A DNA stretch of 63,599 nt, filler included, from Anaerolineae bacterium (GCA_029262755.1; 7 parts of 7 records of this genome joined end to end with filler, not necessarily neighbours in it); one strand, 5' to 3'. Shown: positions 9,286-18,077, numbered from the whole stretch's first letter. The notes: generated by a model from the sequence alone, not told the origin. Program-made: numbers and translations.

Positions 9286-10374
9286 TCAGGAGCGTTCATC
9301 AAGCCACGCGACGAGCGCCTTGGGCAACGTGCCCTGGACCTTAGCGCTGACATACATACCGATGTGCCCGACCGGGTAGGTCAGCTCTTCGTAGTCATCC
9401 GTGCCGACGTGCTCGGCGAGAGCCTTGGACGAAGCCGGCGGAACGAGGTGGTCCAACTCGGCATATACGTTGAGCACGGGCATGGTCACCGCGCCGAGAT
9501 CCACCTGCCTGCCCCCGATCTCGACCTCGCCTTTGATCAGCTTGTTCTGCTGATAGAAGTCCTTGAGGAATTCCCGATAGGCCTCGCCGGCCTGGTCCGG
9601 GCTATCGAAGATCCATTTCTCCATGCGCAGGAAGTTGCGCAGCTTGCGCTCATCATGCGCCACCTCGAGCAGGCCCGCGTACTTGGCGACGTTCAGCTGG
9701 AAGGGCTTGAGCATCACGAATCCGAGATTCATGAAGTCGCCCGGGATGTTCCCCATTGCGTCGACCATGGCGTCGATATCCATATGCTGCGCCCAGACGT
9801 TGAGAATTCCCCGCTCTTCCGGCTCGCCGGCGTGGAAATCCACCGGCGCGACCATCGTGATCAAGCTCTTCAGCTTTTCGGGATGGAGCGAGGCATAGCA
9901 AAGGCTGAACGCGCCGCCCTGGCAGATGCCGAGCAGGTGAATGGCATCCTGCCCACTGGCCGTCCTGACCGCGTCCACGCAACCGCCGAGATAGCCCTCG
10001 ATGTAGTCCTCAAGGGTGAGCCAGCGGTCGGCGCGGGTCGGGTAGCCCCAGTCGATGAGATACACATCGAGCCCCTGCTCCAGAAGGGAACGCACAAGCG
10101 AGCGATCTTCCTGAAGATCGACCATATAGGGCCGATTGACCAACGCGTACGAGATCAGGAGCGGCACGGGCTTGGGATTATCCACGACAGGTGTGTAGCG
10201 GTAGAGCGTCACCCGATCCTGGCTCCACACGGCCTCCTTGGGAGAGGCGCCGATGTGGATGTCGTCGACGTCGATGCGCGAGAGCGCGTCGATGGCCGTC
10301 AGGGACTTGCGGCCCAGTTCGGTCATCTCGCCCAGGACTTCCTGGGGACCGAAGCCCAACGGTGCGTGCATCAT
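9286..10374 (-). CDS. phaC: Class III poly(R)-hydroxyalkanoate synthase subunit PhaC
   Basis: Motifs PLLISYALVNRPYMVDLQ, DVYLIDWG, lipase-box variant GICQGG, FLRMEKWIFDSPDQAGE, D in ELDHLVP and GHIG. About 360 aa, the class III size. Confidence 0.95.
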   Translation of the reverse strand: MMHAPLGFGPQEVLGEMTELGRKSLTAIDALSRIDVDDIHIGASPKEAVWSQDRVTLYRYTPVVDNPKPVPLLISYALVNRPYMVDLQEDRSLVRSLLEQGLDVYLIDWGYPTRADRWLTLEDYIEGYLGGCVDAVRTASGQDAIHLLGICQGGAFSLCYASLHPEKLKSLITMVAPVDFHAGEPEERGILNVWAQHMDIDAMVDAMGNIPGDFMNLGFVMLKPFQLNVAKYAGLLEVAHDERKLRNFLRMEKWIFDSPDQAGEAYREFLKDFYQQNKLIKGEVEIGGRQVDLGAVTMPVLNVYAELDHLVPPASSKALAEHVGTDDYEELTYPVGHIGMYVSAKVQGTLPKALVAWLDERS

Positions 10375-11963
10375 GCGGTCCCTCCGTCAGCCTGCTTGGG
10401 CGCCGGCTTGGTCTTGGCTTTGGTCGTCGGCTTCTTGGCGGCCGTCGACTTCTTGGCGGCCGTCGACTTTTTGGCGGCCGTCGACTTTTTGGCCGCTGAT
10501 GGCTTCTTCACTGCCGTCGGCTTCTCGGCGGTCGCTGCCGGCGTCGGAGTCTTCGTTTCGGCCGGCTTGCCATCGGTCCGCGCACGCGTGGTCGATGCCG
10601 GCTTCGAGGCCGGCTTCGCCTTCTTGGCAACGGACGGCTTGCTCGTCGGCGCCGGTTTCTTCGCGCTCGACGGCTTCTTCGCAGTCGACGGCTTCGTGGC
10701 CGGTGCCGCCTTCGTCGTCGTGCTGCGCAATTCGGCCGCCGGCTTCGCGACCGTCTTGACCGCGGGCTTCACCACGGTCTGCGCCGCGGCGGATTGCGCG
10801 TTTCGCGACGTCGCCACCCCGTCACCCTTTCGGGCGTCGAGTTCCCTGCGCAGCGCGCGTACCTCACGCTTGAGTTCGTGGATGGCCTGGAAGGCCTCGT
10901 CGAGCTCGGATCGCGTGGCGATGTCCGTGCCGCGGAGCACGGATTCGATGATCGTGCGCTCATGGCCACGATACCGCATTGCGGCGTCGAGCATGGCGCC
11001 CTGGGCCGCGGCATAGCGGTCCGTGCGGAACGCACGCTCGAGCACCGTGTCCGTTTCATCCGTCCAGAGCATGAAGAGCGCGGCCATGGAATCCACGGGC
11101 TCGCCCTGTTCAGCGCGTGACTGCAGGGCGCCGAGGAAGGTCGTCACGGCCTCGGTCCACGCCTCACCGTACACGGCTTGGTACGCGAACGTCGCCTGGC
11201 GCCATTCGACCCACGACTCGAAGCCGTTGATCAAGCGCTCTTCCGACTCGCGGTTGAGTCCAAGACGCGGGCCTTCCATCAGCCGTCCGCCCGTGTTCTC
11301 CCACGTCTCTGCGAACATCTGCGTGAACGCGGCCATGTCGGTCGGCCTGCCTGCAGCGGCGTCGGCCATCACGCCCATGGTGCGGCTGAGCGTGTTCGTC
11401 CACGGCCCGATCATGCGCGTGACGCCCGCCACGTAGAGCCGCCATAACTCAGCGCTGTCGGCCGCCGTATCGGCCGTGGCGCCGTTGCCGTTGGTACCGC
11501 CCCACCCGGTCATGCCGGAGAGGGGTGCCACGCTATCGCGGAGACGCTCGCCGAACGCGGCCAAGGCCGTGGCCCAATCGCCGTCGCCGGTCGCGTCGGC
11601 GGCCATTTCGCGCCAGGCGTCCATCATCGCGCCCGCGAAGCGCATGCCCGTTTGCTGGCTTTCGATGACCTTGTCCGCCACATCGCGTGTGATGGGGTCG
11701 GCGCCGGATGTCCACGCCGCAGTCGTCTGCTCCGCCATACGTCGCCATGTGTCGGCGATGCTCGACATATCGGGCATTCCGGGCATGCCGGCCATTCCAG
11801 GCATGCCGCCGCCCCATGCCGCGGACGGCTGCGTGCTGGCGTACGGAGCCGCCGTGGTCCGGTCGGCCCACGTACGCCACGCATCGCGCTGGGCGTCGGC
11901 CCACGCGTCCATCATGGCGCTCATTTGAGCGTTCATTTGGGCGTTCCATTCGGGCTGGTTCAC
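10371..11963 (-). CDS. phaE: Class III PHA synthase subunit PhaE with long Lys/Ala/Pro-rich C-terminal tail
   Basis: PhaE-like PRLGLNRE, LFMLW, Y...QG..L.A and the coiled coil ATRSELDEAFQAIHELKREVR. Coupled to phaC (ATGA) and to the upstream ORF (GTGA, start 11963). Confidence 0.85.
   Translation of the reverse strand: MNQPEWNAQMNAQMSAMMDAWADAQRDAWRTWADRTTAAPYASTQPSAAWGGGMPGMAGMPGMPDMSSIADTWRRMAEQTTAAWTSGADPITRDVADKVIESQQTGMRFAGAMMDAWREMAADATGDGDWATALAAFGERLRDSVAPLSGMTGWGGTNGNGATADTAADSAELWRLYVAGVTRMIGPWTNTLSRTMGVMADAAAGRPTDMAAFTQMFAETWENTGGRLMEGPRLGLNRESEERLINGFESWVEWRQATFAYQAVYGEAWTEAVTTFLGALQSRAEQGEPVDSMAALFMLWTDETDTVLERAFRTDRYAAAQGAMLDAAMRYRGHERTIIESVLRGTDIATRSELDEAFQAIHELKREVRALRRELDARKGDGVATSRNAQSAAAQTVVKPAVKTVAKPAAELRSTTTKAAPATKPSTAKKPSSAKKPAPTSKPSVAKKAKPASKPASTTRARTDGKPAETKTPTPAATAEKPTAVKKPSAAKKSTAAKKSTAAKKSTAAKKPTTKAKTKPAPKQADGGTA
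10431..10494 (-). repeat. 18-bp in-frame tandem repeat encoding (STAAKK)n in the PhaE tail
   Basis: CTTYTTGGCGGCCGTCGA x3 plus a partial copy. Confidence 0.9.
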
Positions 11964-12481
11964 GCGCCGGAGCCCGAGCTGTCGGACGAAGCGGCGCCCT
12001 TCGACGTCGGTCCGCCCCAGGACTGCATCCACTGCGCCTGCATGTCGGCCATGCGGGTCGCGGCGTCCTGCCATGCGCCGGTGAACGCCTCGGTCGGCGT
12101 CGCGGGACGCGCGGGACCCATCGATGCCGCGGCATCGAAGTAGGCGCTCCAGAGTTGGCGTTGCGCGTCCAACCACTCGGTCATCATGGCGCTACCCTGC
12201 TTGGCCCACTCGGCCGTGGCCTCGGGCCCCTCGATCGTGGCGCCCGTCTCGTTCCAGCGCTCGATCCAGCCGGCCTGGAGCGCCAACGCGCCCTCGACCG
12301 ACTCGCGCCAAGCGGCGAGCATGCGTTCCCAAGCTACACCGGGCGCAGCGGCGCCGCCGCCGGCGGCCGGGGGCACGCCCACGGCTGTCGCGGCGCGCGA
12401 CCATTGTTCCCATGCCGCCCGCTGTCCCTCGAGCCATGCCTGCGACATTTCCGCAGACTGCTTCGACCAATCCGTCGTCAT
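11960..12481 (-). CDS. Hypothetical Trp/Ala/Gln-rich helical protein, candidate PHA granule-associated protein
   Basis: GGAGG RBS. Recurrent W..Q...W amphipathic helices. Translationally coupled to phaE. Confidence 0.75.
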   Translation of the reverse strand: MTTDWSKQSAEMSQAWLEGQRAAWEQWSRAATAVGVPPAAGGGAAAPGVAWERMLAAWRESVEGALALQAGWIERWNETGATIEGPEATAEWAKQGSAMMTEWLDAQRQLWSAYFDAAASMGPARPATPTEAFTGAWQDAATRMADMQAQWMQSWGGPTSKGAASSDSSGSGA

Positions 12482-12516
12482 GCTCTACCTCCGCCTTCGA
12501 TGCTGGAATGCGGACG

Positions 12517-12549
12517 GCGGAAGCGGCCCCCTTGGGGAGCCGCTTCCGC
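12517..12549. promoter_or_regulatory. Intra-operon stem-loop
   Basis: GCGGAAGCGGC-CCCCTTGGGGA-GCCGCTTCCGC: an 11-bp stem plus inner CCCC/GGGG, with no U-tract. Confidence 0.65.
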
Positions 12550-12614
12550 GTCACGCTCAATCGTTGCTGTGGACGCCCGGTCGCCGTGCGTAGCGCGGCG
12601 GGACCGCAGCGGCG

Positions 12615-13073
12615 CTAGTTGGTGGACTTGACCTTGGTGCTGGTGGTCTTCGTGCCATTGCTCTTGGCCGAGGAACCGTTGGTCGCCATCGGCGACGCGA
12701 CGGCCATCCACTCACCCATGTTGTTCTGCATGACGTCGGTCTGGGCCTGGAGGGCCTTGCCGGCCTCACGCGACCAGGACTGCGACGCTTCGGTCATCGA
12801 CTTCATGCTCTTGCTGGCGCGGTCCCAGCTCTTCTCCATCTCGCTACGGGCGCCTTCGAACACGTCGAGCGCCAGGTTCTGCTCACGCTTGGAGATGTCG
12901 GTGTTGCGCTTGGCGACGTCCGCGGCCATCTGGCTCCAGGACTCGCGCCAACCCGTCCACGCGTCCATCGATGCGCGGGTGGTCTCGAGCCACGTGGCGT
13001 TCAAGCCGTTCAGCTGCTCGGTGACCTGCTCGAAGTTGGCCTTCATCTGCTCGTTCATGGTCTCGTTCTTCAT
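12615..13073 (-). CDS. Candidate phasin (PhaP-like amphipathic helical protein)
   Basis: AAGGAG RBS. 152 aa, predicted all-helical, Met/Gln/Ala-rich. First gene of the pha operon. Function inferred from context. Confidence 0.7.
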   Translation of the reverse strand: MKNETMNEQMKANFEQVTEQLNGLNATWLETTRASMDAWTGWRESWSQMAADVAKRNTDISKREQNLALDVFEGARSEMEKSWDRASKSMKSMTEASQSWSREAGKALQAQTDVMQNNMGEWMAVASPMATNGSSAKSNGTKTTSTKVKSTN

Positions 13074-13267
13074 GATTCGCTCCTTGTCGCCCCGTAGGGC
13101 AGGCCGGGCATGGCCCGGCATTGGGTTCTAGGTCTCGGAGGGCGCCTGAGCGCTCCGACAGTGACAAGGATAGGCAGAGCAGTTGCCGCCGAGTTACACG
13201 GCGTGCGTTTCGATCTGTGGAGGGAGATCTGCGGTGGGAGATTCGTCGTTCCTTGGCCCGCGATCCG

Positions 13268-14110
13268 CTACGAATCGCCGATCGCGGCCTCGTAGACCGT
13301 GCGCGTCTCCGTCAGCGGCTCCAGACCGAGCTCGGCAAGGGCGGCGACACACTGTCGCCACGCCATCTCGGCCTGCGCTCGATCGCCGAGCACGCGGTGA
13401 GCACGCATGCGCAGGCGCCACGCGGACTCCCACGTGGCGTCGAAGGAGAGCGCGCGCTGGGCAAGCCGGAGGCTCTCCAGGGTTTCGTCTTCCAGCAGCA
13501 GCGACGCGGCCCGGGTCATCGCGCCGAGCGCCAAGACGTGGAGTCGCTCGCGCTCCAGCGTGCTCCAGTCGTCGTAGCGCCTCTCCGGCAAGTACTCGCC
13601 ACCGTACAACTCCGCGGCGGCCTGATCATGCGCGATCACCGCGTCGCGGTTGCCGGCGCCCATCGCACGGTTGGCGGCGGTGCCGTGCGCGTCGAGCGCC
13701 ACGGCGTCGATCCACACCTCCGGCGCGAGTCCATAGGCCTGTCCCAAACGCTGCACGAAGCGAGGCTCCGCCCGCGGCGCCCGCTCCGGCTCGATTGCGC
13801 GCATGACGGCGTTGAGCGCCACCTTGAAGTCACGCTCGCCTGCTTCTGGCGTCAAGCCCGGCCACAGCGTGTCGACGATCTGCTCCCGCTCTTGGCGGCG
13901 CGCACGCATCGTGACCAGGTATTGCAATAGCTGCAGCGCTTTGTCGCGCCGCCAGGTCGAGGGAGGCAAAGCGTGACCGTCGCGCCAGACTTGAAAGCCA
14001 CCGAGCGTCGCCACCGCCAACGCCGCGTCGCCCGCCTCGGCCGGTGGGCCGAGGCGGGCGATCGCTACCGTGGCGCGCTTCGGGGCGCGTTCCGAAGGAG
14101 GCTCGAGCAT
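13268..14110 (-). CDS. AfsR/SARP-type transcriptional regulator (winged helix + BTAD)
   Basis: Motifs TLGGFQVWRDG, W.RDKA..LL.YL, REQIVDTLWP, LYGGEYLP...YDDW...ERERL and ESAWRLRMRA. ATG at 14110 with GGAG RBS. Confidence 0.88.
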   Translation of the reverse strand: MLEPPSERAPKRATVAIARLGPPAEAGDAALAVATLGGFQVWRDGHALPPSTWRRDKALQLLQYLVTMRARRQEREQIVDTLWPGLTPEAGERDFKVALNAVMRAIEPERAPRAEPRFVQRLGQAYGLAPEVWIDAVALDAHGTAANRAMGAGNRDAVIAHDQAAAELYGGEYLPERRYDDWSTLERERLHVLALGAMTRAASLLLEDETLESLRLAQRALSFDATWESAWRLRMRAHRVLGDRAQAEMAWRQCVAALAELGLEPLTETRTVYEAAIGDS

Positions 14111-14260
14111 GTCGCTCCGATTGTAGAAGGGCCACGCGGGCGCCGCCAGCGATGGGTGGAGGAGGCCCGCGAGCACCGGGGCGCCACGGCACTCGTCGTC
14201 GCGTAGGGTGCTCGCATTGGATCCGCGCCCGTCCCGCGCACCGGCCGTCGGTGCCGCGCC

Positions 14261-14587
14261 TCAGGCATCGCGCCGGCCGCGCCGCGGTGGACTGCCGCGC
14301 CGCGCTGACCTGCCGGCGGCGCGAACCACGTGGTCGTGCGCGTCGGCGAGAGACGTCGCCACTGCCACCGGTTCTCCGCCATCGGGCCATGCGTCCACGA
14401 TCAGGTTCCAGGCAGCGTCCAGCGTTTCCTCCGTCCAGTCTTCATCGCCGGCGTCGACGCCGGACACCACCGCCCACGCCGCATCGAACGCGGCCATGCG
14501 TTCGGAGATCGGTGCATCGGGGTGGGCGCGGCAGGCGCGTCGGCTGATCTTCACGGCCAGGTCAAGCTGCTTCTCACGCAAGGTCAT
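14261..14587 (-). CDS. Hypothetical protein (108 aa)
   Basis: GGAGG RBS before ATG at 14587. Protein-like composition with an internal FDAAW/LDAAW duplication. Confidence 0.65.
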   Translation of the reverse strand: MTLREKQLDLAVKISRRACRAHPDAPISERMAAFDAAWAVVSGVDAGDEDWTEETLDAAWNLIVDAWPDGGEPVAVATSLADAHDHVVRAAGRSARRGSPPRRGRRDA

Positions 14588-14771
14588 TCGGACATCCTCC
14601 AATGGGAGGGGCGGTATGGATTGGATCCGTGGGCTCGTGCTCGGCGCGGCAGAAAATCGCAGCGCTGCGGGAAGCCCGGGCGGACGGCGGTTGAACGCGA
14701 ACGCCGGCGCTCGGGTTCCAAGGGGCGTGCTAGCCTGTCGTGGGGACGAGAGCAGCACACGAAGCACCCAA

Positions 14772-14814
14772 GGGAGCGCGCCCGTGCCGGCCACGGGCGC
14801 CTCCCGTTTCATTT
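14772..14814 (+). terminator. Intrinsic terminator-like hairpin in a divergent intergenic region
   Basis: GGGAG-C-GCGCCCGTG..CACGGGCGC-CTCCC followed by GTTTCATTT. Confidence 0.65.
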
Positions 14815-14991
14815 GGTGTTGTGTATGGTGAGGCGGAGCATCGTTCGAAGAAGCACCTGACGACCGCCGTTGCGCGCAAAGCTGACGATTGCGAGGATCG
14901 AAGTTTGTGCGGAGTTGCCGGCTCCCGTCAGCGAACGCCCAGGTCGCGACGGCCCCGATTGCGCAGGCCAGTTTTGGAAAAGGAGAACGCG

Positions 14992-15541
14992 ATGGCGATC
15001 CAATGGCGAAACTCGCTCGGCAGCGCGGTGGCAGGTGCCTTGATCGTCAGCGCAGGCATCAGCCACGTACGTGCGGAGTCATCGGCCCAGCCGGGCGCCG
15101 GATGGCGGATATCCCAGCTTGCGGGCGCATCCGAAGGTACGACCGGTGCGCGCTGGGCCGCGATTTCCGGCTCCGGCGACGTCGTGGCGCTCACGCACGA
15201 CGGCGATCTCGAGCCGGGCGCACCGGCCAACCCGGGCGGACGTCCCAACGCGTTCCGGTTGCCCAACGGCGGGGCATGGCGCCAGCTCTCCGACACGCGC
15301 GCGGCCCCGGGGGGCGCGGCCGAGCTCGATCATACGACGATCGACGCGACCGGCGACGCCGTCGCGTTTCGTTCCCGCGCCGACCTGGTCGGAGCGAACG
15401 CCGACCGCTCCGCCGAGGTCTTCACGTGGCGTGAAGCCGGCGGCCTCGCGCAACACTCGCGCGCATCGGGCGCTTCGGCCGAAGCGCCGGTGATCGGTCG
15501 AGACGGACGGTGGCTCGCGTTCTGGCATTCCGGGGACCTGA
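14992..15541 (+). CDS. Secreted TolB/PD40-like beta-propeller protein (3' truncated by contig end)
   Basis: AAGGAG RBS and signal peptide. Repeats AISGSGDVVA, IDATGDAVAFRSRADL..N.D...EVF and IGRDGRWLAF. Confidence 0.75.
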
Positions 15542-15641
15542 NNNNNNNNNNNNNNNNNNNNNNNNNNNNNNNNNNNNNNNNNNNNTTAATTAATTAANNN
15601 NNNNNNNNNNNNNNNNNNNNNNNNNNNNNNNNNNNNNNNNN
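15542..15641. other. Artificial contig linker
   Basis: N44-TTAATTAATTAA-N44 (stop codons in all frames). Confidence 0.99.
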
Positions 15642-17857
15642 TCGCCGCCCATCTCGATCAGGCGGGCACGGAGCCCGTCGACAACCGCGTCGGATAGCCG
15701 CTCCGCCATTTCCGGCTGGGCCGCCGCGCGCGCGGCCAGCGGCGCGTTGGCCGCGGCGACGGCCTCGACGAAGGCCTCAGGCGCCGGGCTCATGGAGGCC
15801 GCCAGCAGCGCGATCTCCTCCCAGCCCGTGGCGGGAAGCGCCGGCAAGGGTTCGGTGCTCTCCAAGCCTTCGATGACCTCCTCCAAGGCCGGGTCCTGCT
15901 CTTCGGCCCGGAGCCCGACGCGGCAGCGGGCCGCGGCCTCCTCCGGGTCGGCGGCCAGCCGTCGTGCGGCGAAGTATTCCTGCAGCAGCTGGTGGAAGAA
16001 CATGACCTCATCGCGGCCGACGTGCTCGTCGAGCATCCCCAGGGCATTGCCGCCCCGCAGGATGTCCTCCGCGGCCGGATGGTCAATCAGCGTTACCGCC
16101 GCGTCGAAGCCGACGCGCACCTGCGAGGCCCGTCCGTCCTGGGAGCGCGACTGCATGCCGTAGGCCAGCGCGGTCAGGCCGGGCACGAGGGCGCCCCGCT
16201 CGGGCAGAGTCCAGGCCGTCGGCCACCGCCGTCCGGAGATCGCGCGCCGATAGTCGCGCTCGTCCAGCAGCGGCCCGGGTTGGAAGAGAGGGTGATCGTG
16301 CTCGATCTCGCGCTGAAGGGCGCGTCGAACGAAGCTGGTGAAGAGCGCCGCTCTGCCGACCGGTGCCTCGCCGGAGGCCAGCGCCTGCTCGACGAGCAGG
16401 GTCAGCAGGTAGGGGCTGCGCAGCAGCTCCAGGCGCGGCGCGCCCTCCAGGCCGCGCCAGATGGCGTCGGCCTGCGCCGGAGCGTAGCGGTGCAAGAAGG
16501 CGCGCACCTGCGCGTCGCTCATCGGCTCGACGCGGATCTGCGGCACCCGCAGGTCGGGCGAGGAGAGCGGCGCGCCATAGTCCAGGCTGCGGCAAGAGAA
16601 GACCACGCGCAGGCCCGGCCGCTCCACGACGGTCTCGCGCAGGAAACGCTTCCAACTCAGGATGCGCGCGCGATAGTCGTCGAAGCCGGCGTGCGGCATC
16701 TCGTTGAGCCCGTCCAAGAGGAGCACCAGCCGGCCTGCGTCCAGCAACTCCCGGAAGGGCGGGAGGTCGGGATAGCGCCGGTCCCAGTTGCTCTCCAGCC
16801 AGGACTCCGGCGATTGCAGCCCGCCGGCCTCCCGATCGGCCCAGTATCGGCCGAGGGAAACCAGGAACGGCACCGCGTCGGTCTCCTCGCGCAGGCCGGC
16901 GCTCGCCAGGTCGAGCTCCATGCGGCGCAGCAGCGTGCTTTTGCCGCTACCCGGCGGCCCCAGGAGCACGATCACCTGGGAGGCCACGGCCGCCAGCACC
17001 GCGCCCAGGTCGTCATAGACCTCCGGCTCAGCCTGCCAGCGGTCGACCACCTTCTCGCCCCGATCGACGAGCAAGGTGAGGTCGACAAAGCGGGCATCGA
17101 CCCGGTAGGCCGGCCGCGACCAGGCGGCCACCCTGCTAAGCCGGTACGCCTGCAGGTCCGCGGGCTGCTCCGTCGCCAGGCGCTCCAGCGCCTCGGGCGC
17201 GACGGGGAGCCGGCGCTCCCCTGTGCCACGCACCGCCCGCAGCAACGCATCGTCCGTCGCGTCGACGGCCGACGCGTCGGTCGCCCCGTCGCTTTCGCTG
17301 CCGTTGCCCCCATCAGCTGCCGGAATCGTCACTCGCGCGTCCACGATGGGCAGGTCGGTGCGCTCGCGTAGGCTGCGCGCCGCCTCCCGCTCGCGCTCGC
17401 TCAGGGCCATGGCCAGGCGGCGGCGTGCAGCGACCAGCCTCCGACCCAGGGTGCGCCGCGGCATGCCCACCTCCGCCGCGATCTCTCCGGCCTGCATCTG
17501 CCCCGGGTCCAGGTAACGGTGGTAGAGCGCGCTCCAGACCTCGAGCTCCGCGGAGCCCGCCGAGAAGTCTGCGCTCAGCGTATCGGCGGGCGCGGCGTCT
17601 TCATGCGGCGTCACGCCTGCCTTGCGCCGCGCTTCGTCGAGGCGTTCCTGGACGACCTCATGGATCAACTCGCCCAGCGCCCAGGCGCGGCCCTCGGCGC
17701 TGGGCGCCACCCCTTCGCGCAGCAGGAGGTCCCAAACGGCGTCCATCTCGGCCAGCGGCGTGTCGCTCAGCGCCTGCTCGTAGCGGATGGCCGAAAGGAC
17801 ACGGCGCACCTCGGCCGGCTCGGCAATTCTCGGAGTGCCGCGATCGGTATCATTCAT
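15642..17857 (-). CDS. STAND/NACHT ATPase with N-terminal HTH (C-terminus lost at contig end)
   Basis: Walker A GPPGSGKS, Walker B LLLLDGLNE, sensor VVFSCR, LLRSPYLL and the winged-helix motif FFHQLLQEYFAA. HTH-like EIAAEVGMPRRTLGRRL. Confidence 0.85.
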
Positions 17858-18014
17858 GGAATTTGCATGACATCATATCCGCCGCCGCGGCGCAACATCG
17901 ACGCTGCCTTTTGGAGCGGAATCGGGCGGTCAGGGCGCGCATACAATCACATCGCGCAGAAGCAATCGCAGACCGGGCCCGCATGAATCGATCAGTGCAT
18001 GGCGAGGGACATCG

Positions 18015-18066
18015 TCGGCAGGCTCGGCAGGCTCGGCAGGCTCGGCAATGAGCGCAATGAGCGCAA
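18015..18066 (+). repeat. Adjacent 9-bp tandem repeats (TCGGCAGGC)x3 and (GCAATGAGC)x2
   Basis: Read directly from the sequence. They abut the RBS of the DinB gene. Confidence 0.9.
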
Positions 18067-18077
18067 GGAGACCAACG

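Noticed and set aside
9280..11016. Long antisense ORFs (e.g. 9280-11016, 25526-27928, 33717-35747, 15992-17371)
   Set aside because: They are shadow ORFs opposite well-supported genes, caused by GC-rich codon bias.
11964..12176. N-terminal 71 codons of the 601-aa PhaE ORF call
   Set aside because: They overlap the upstream gene in another frame. The GTGA-coupled start at 11963 is more plausible.
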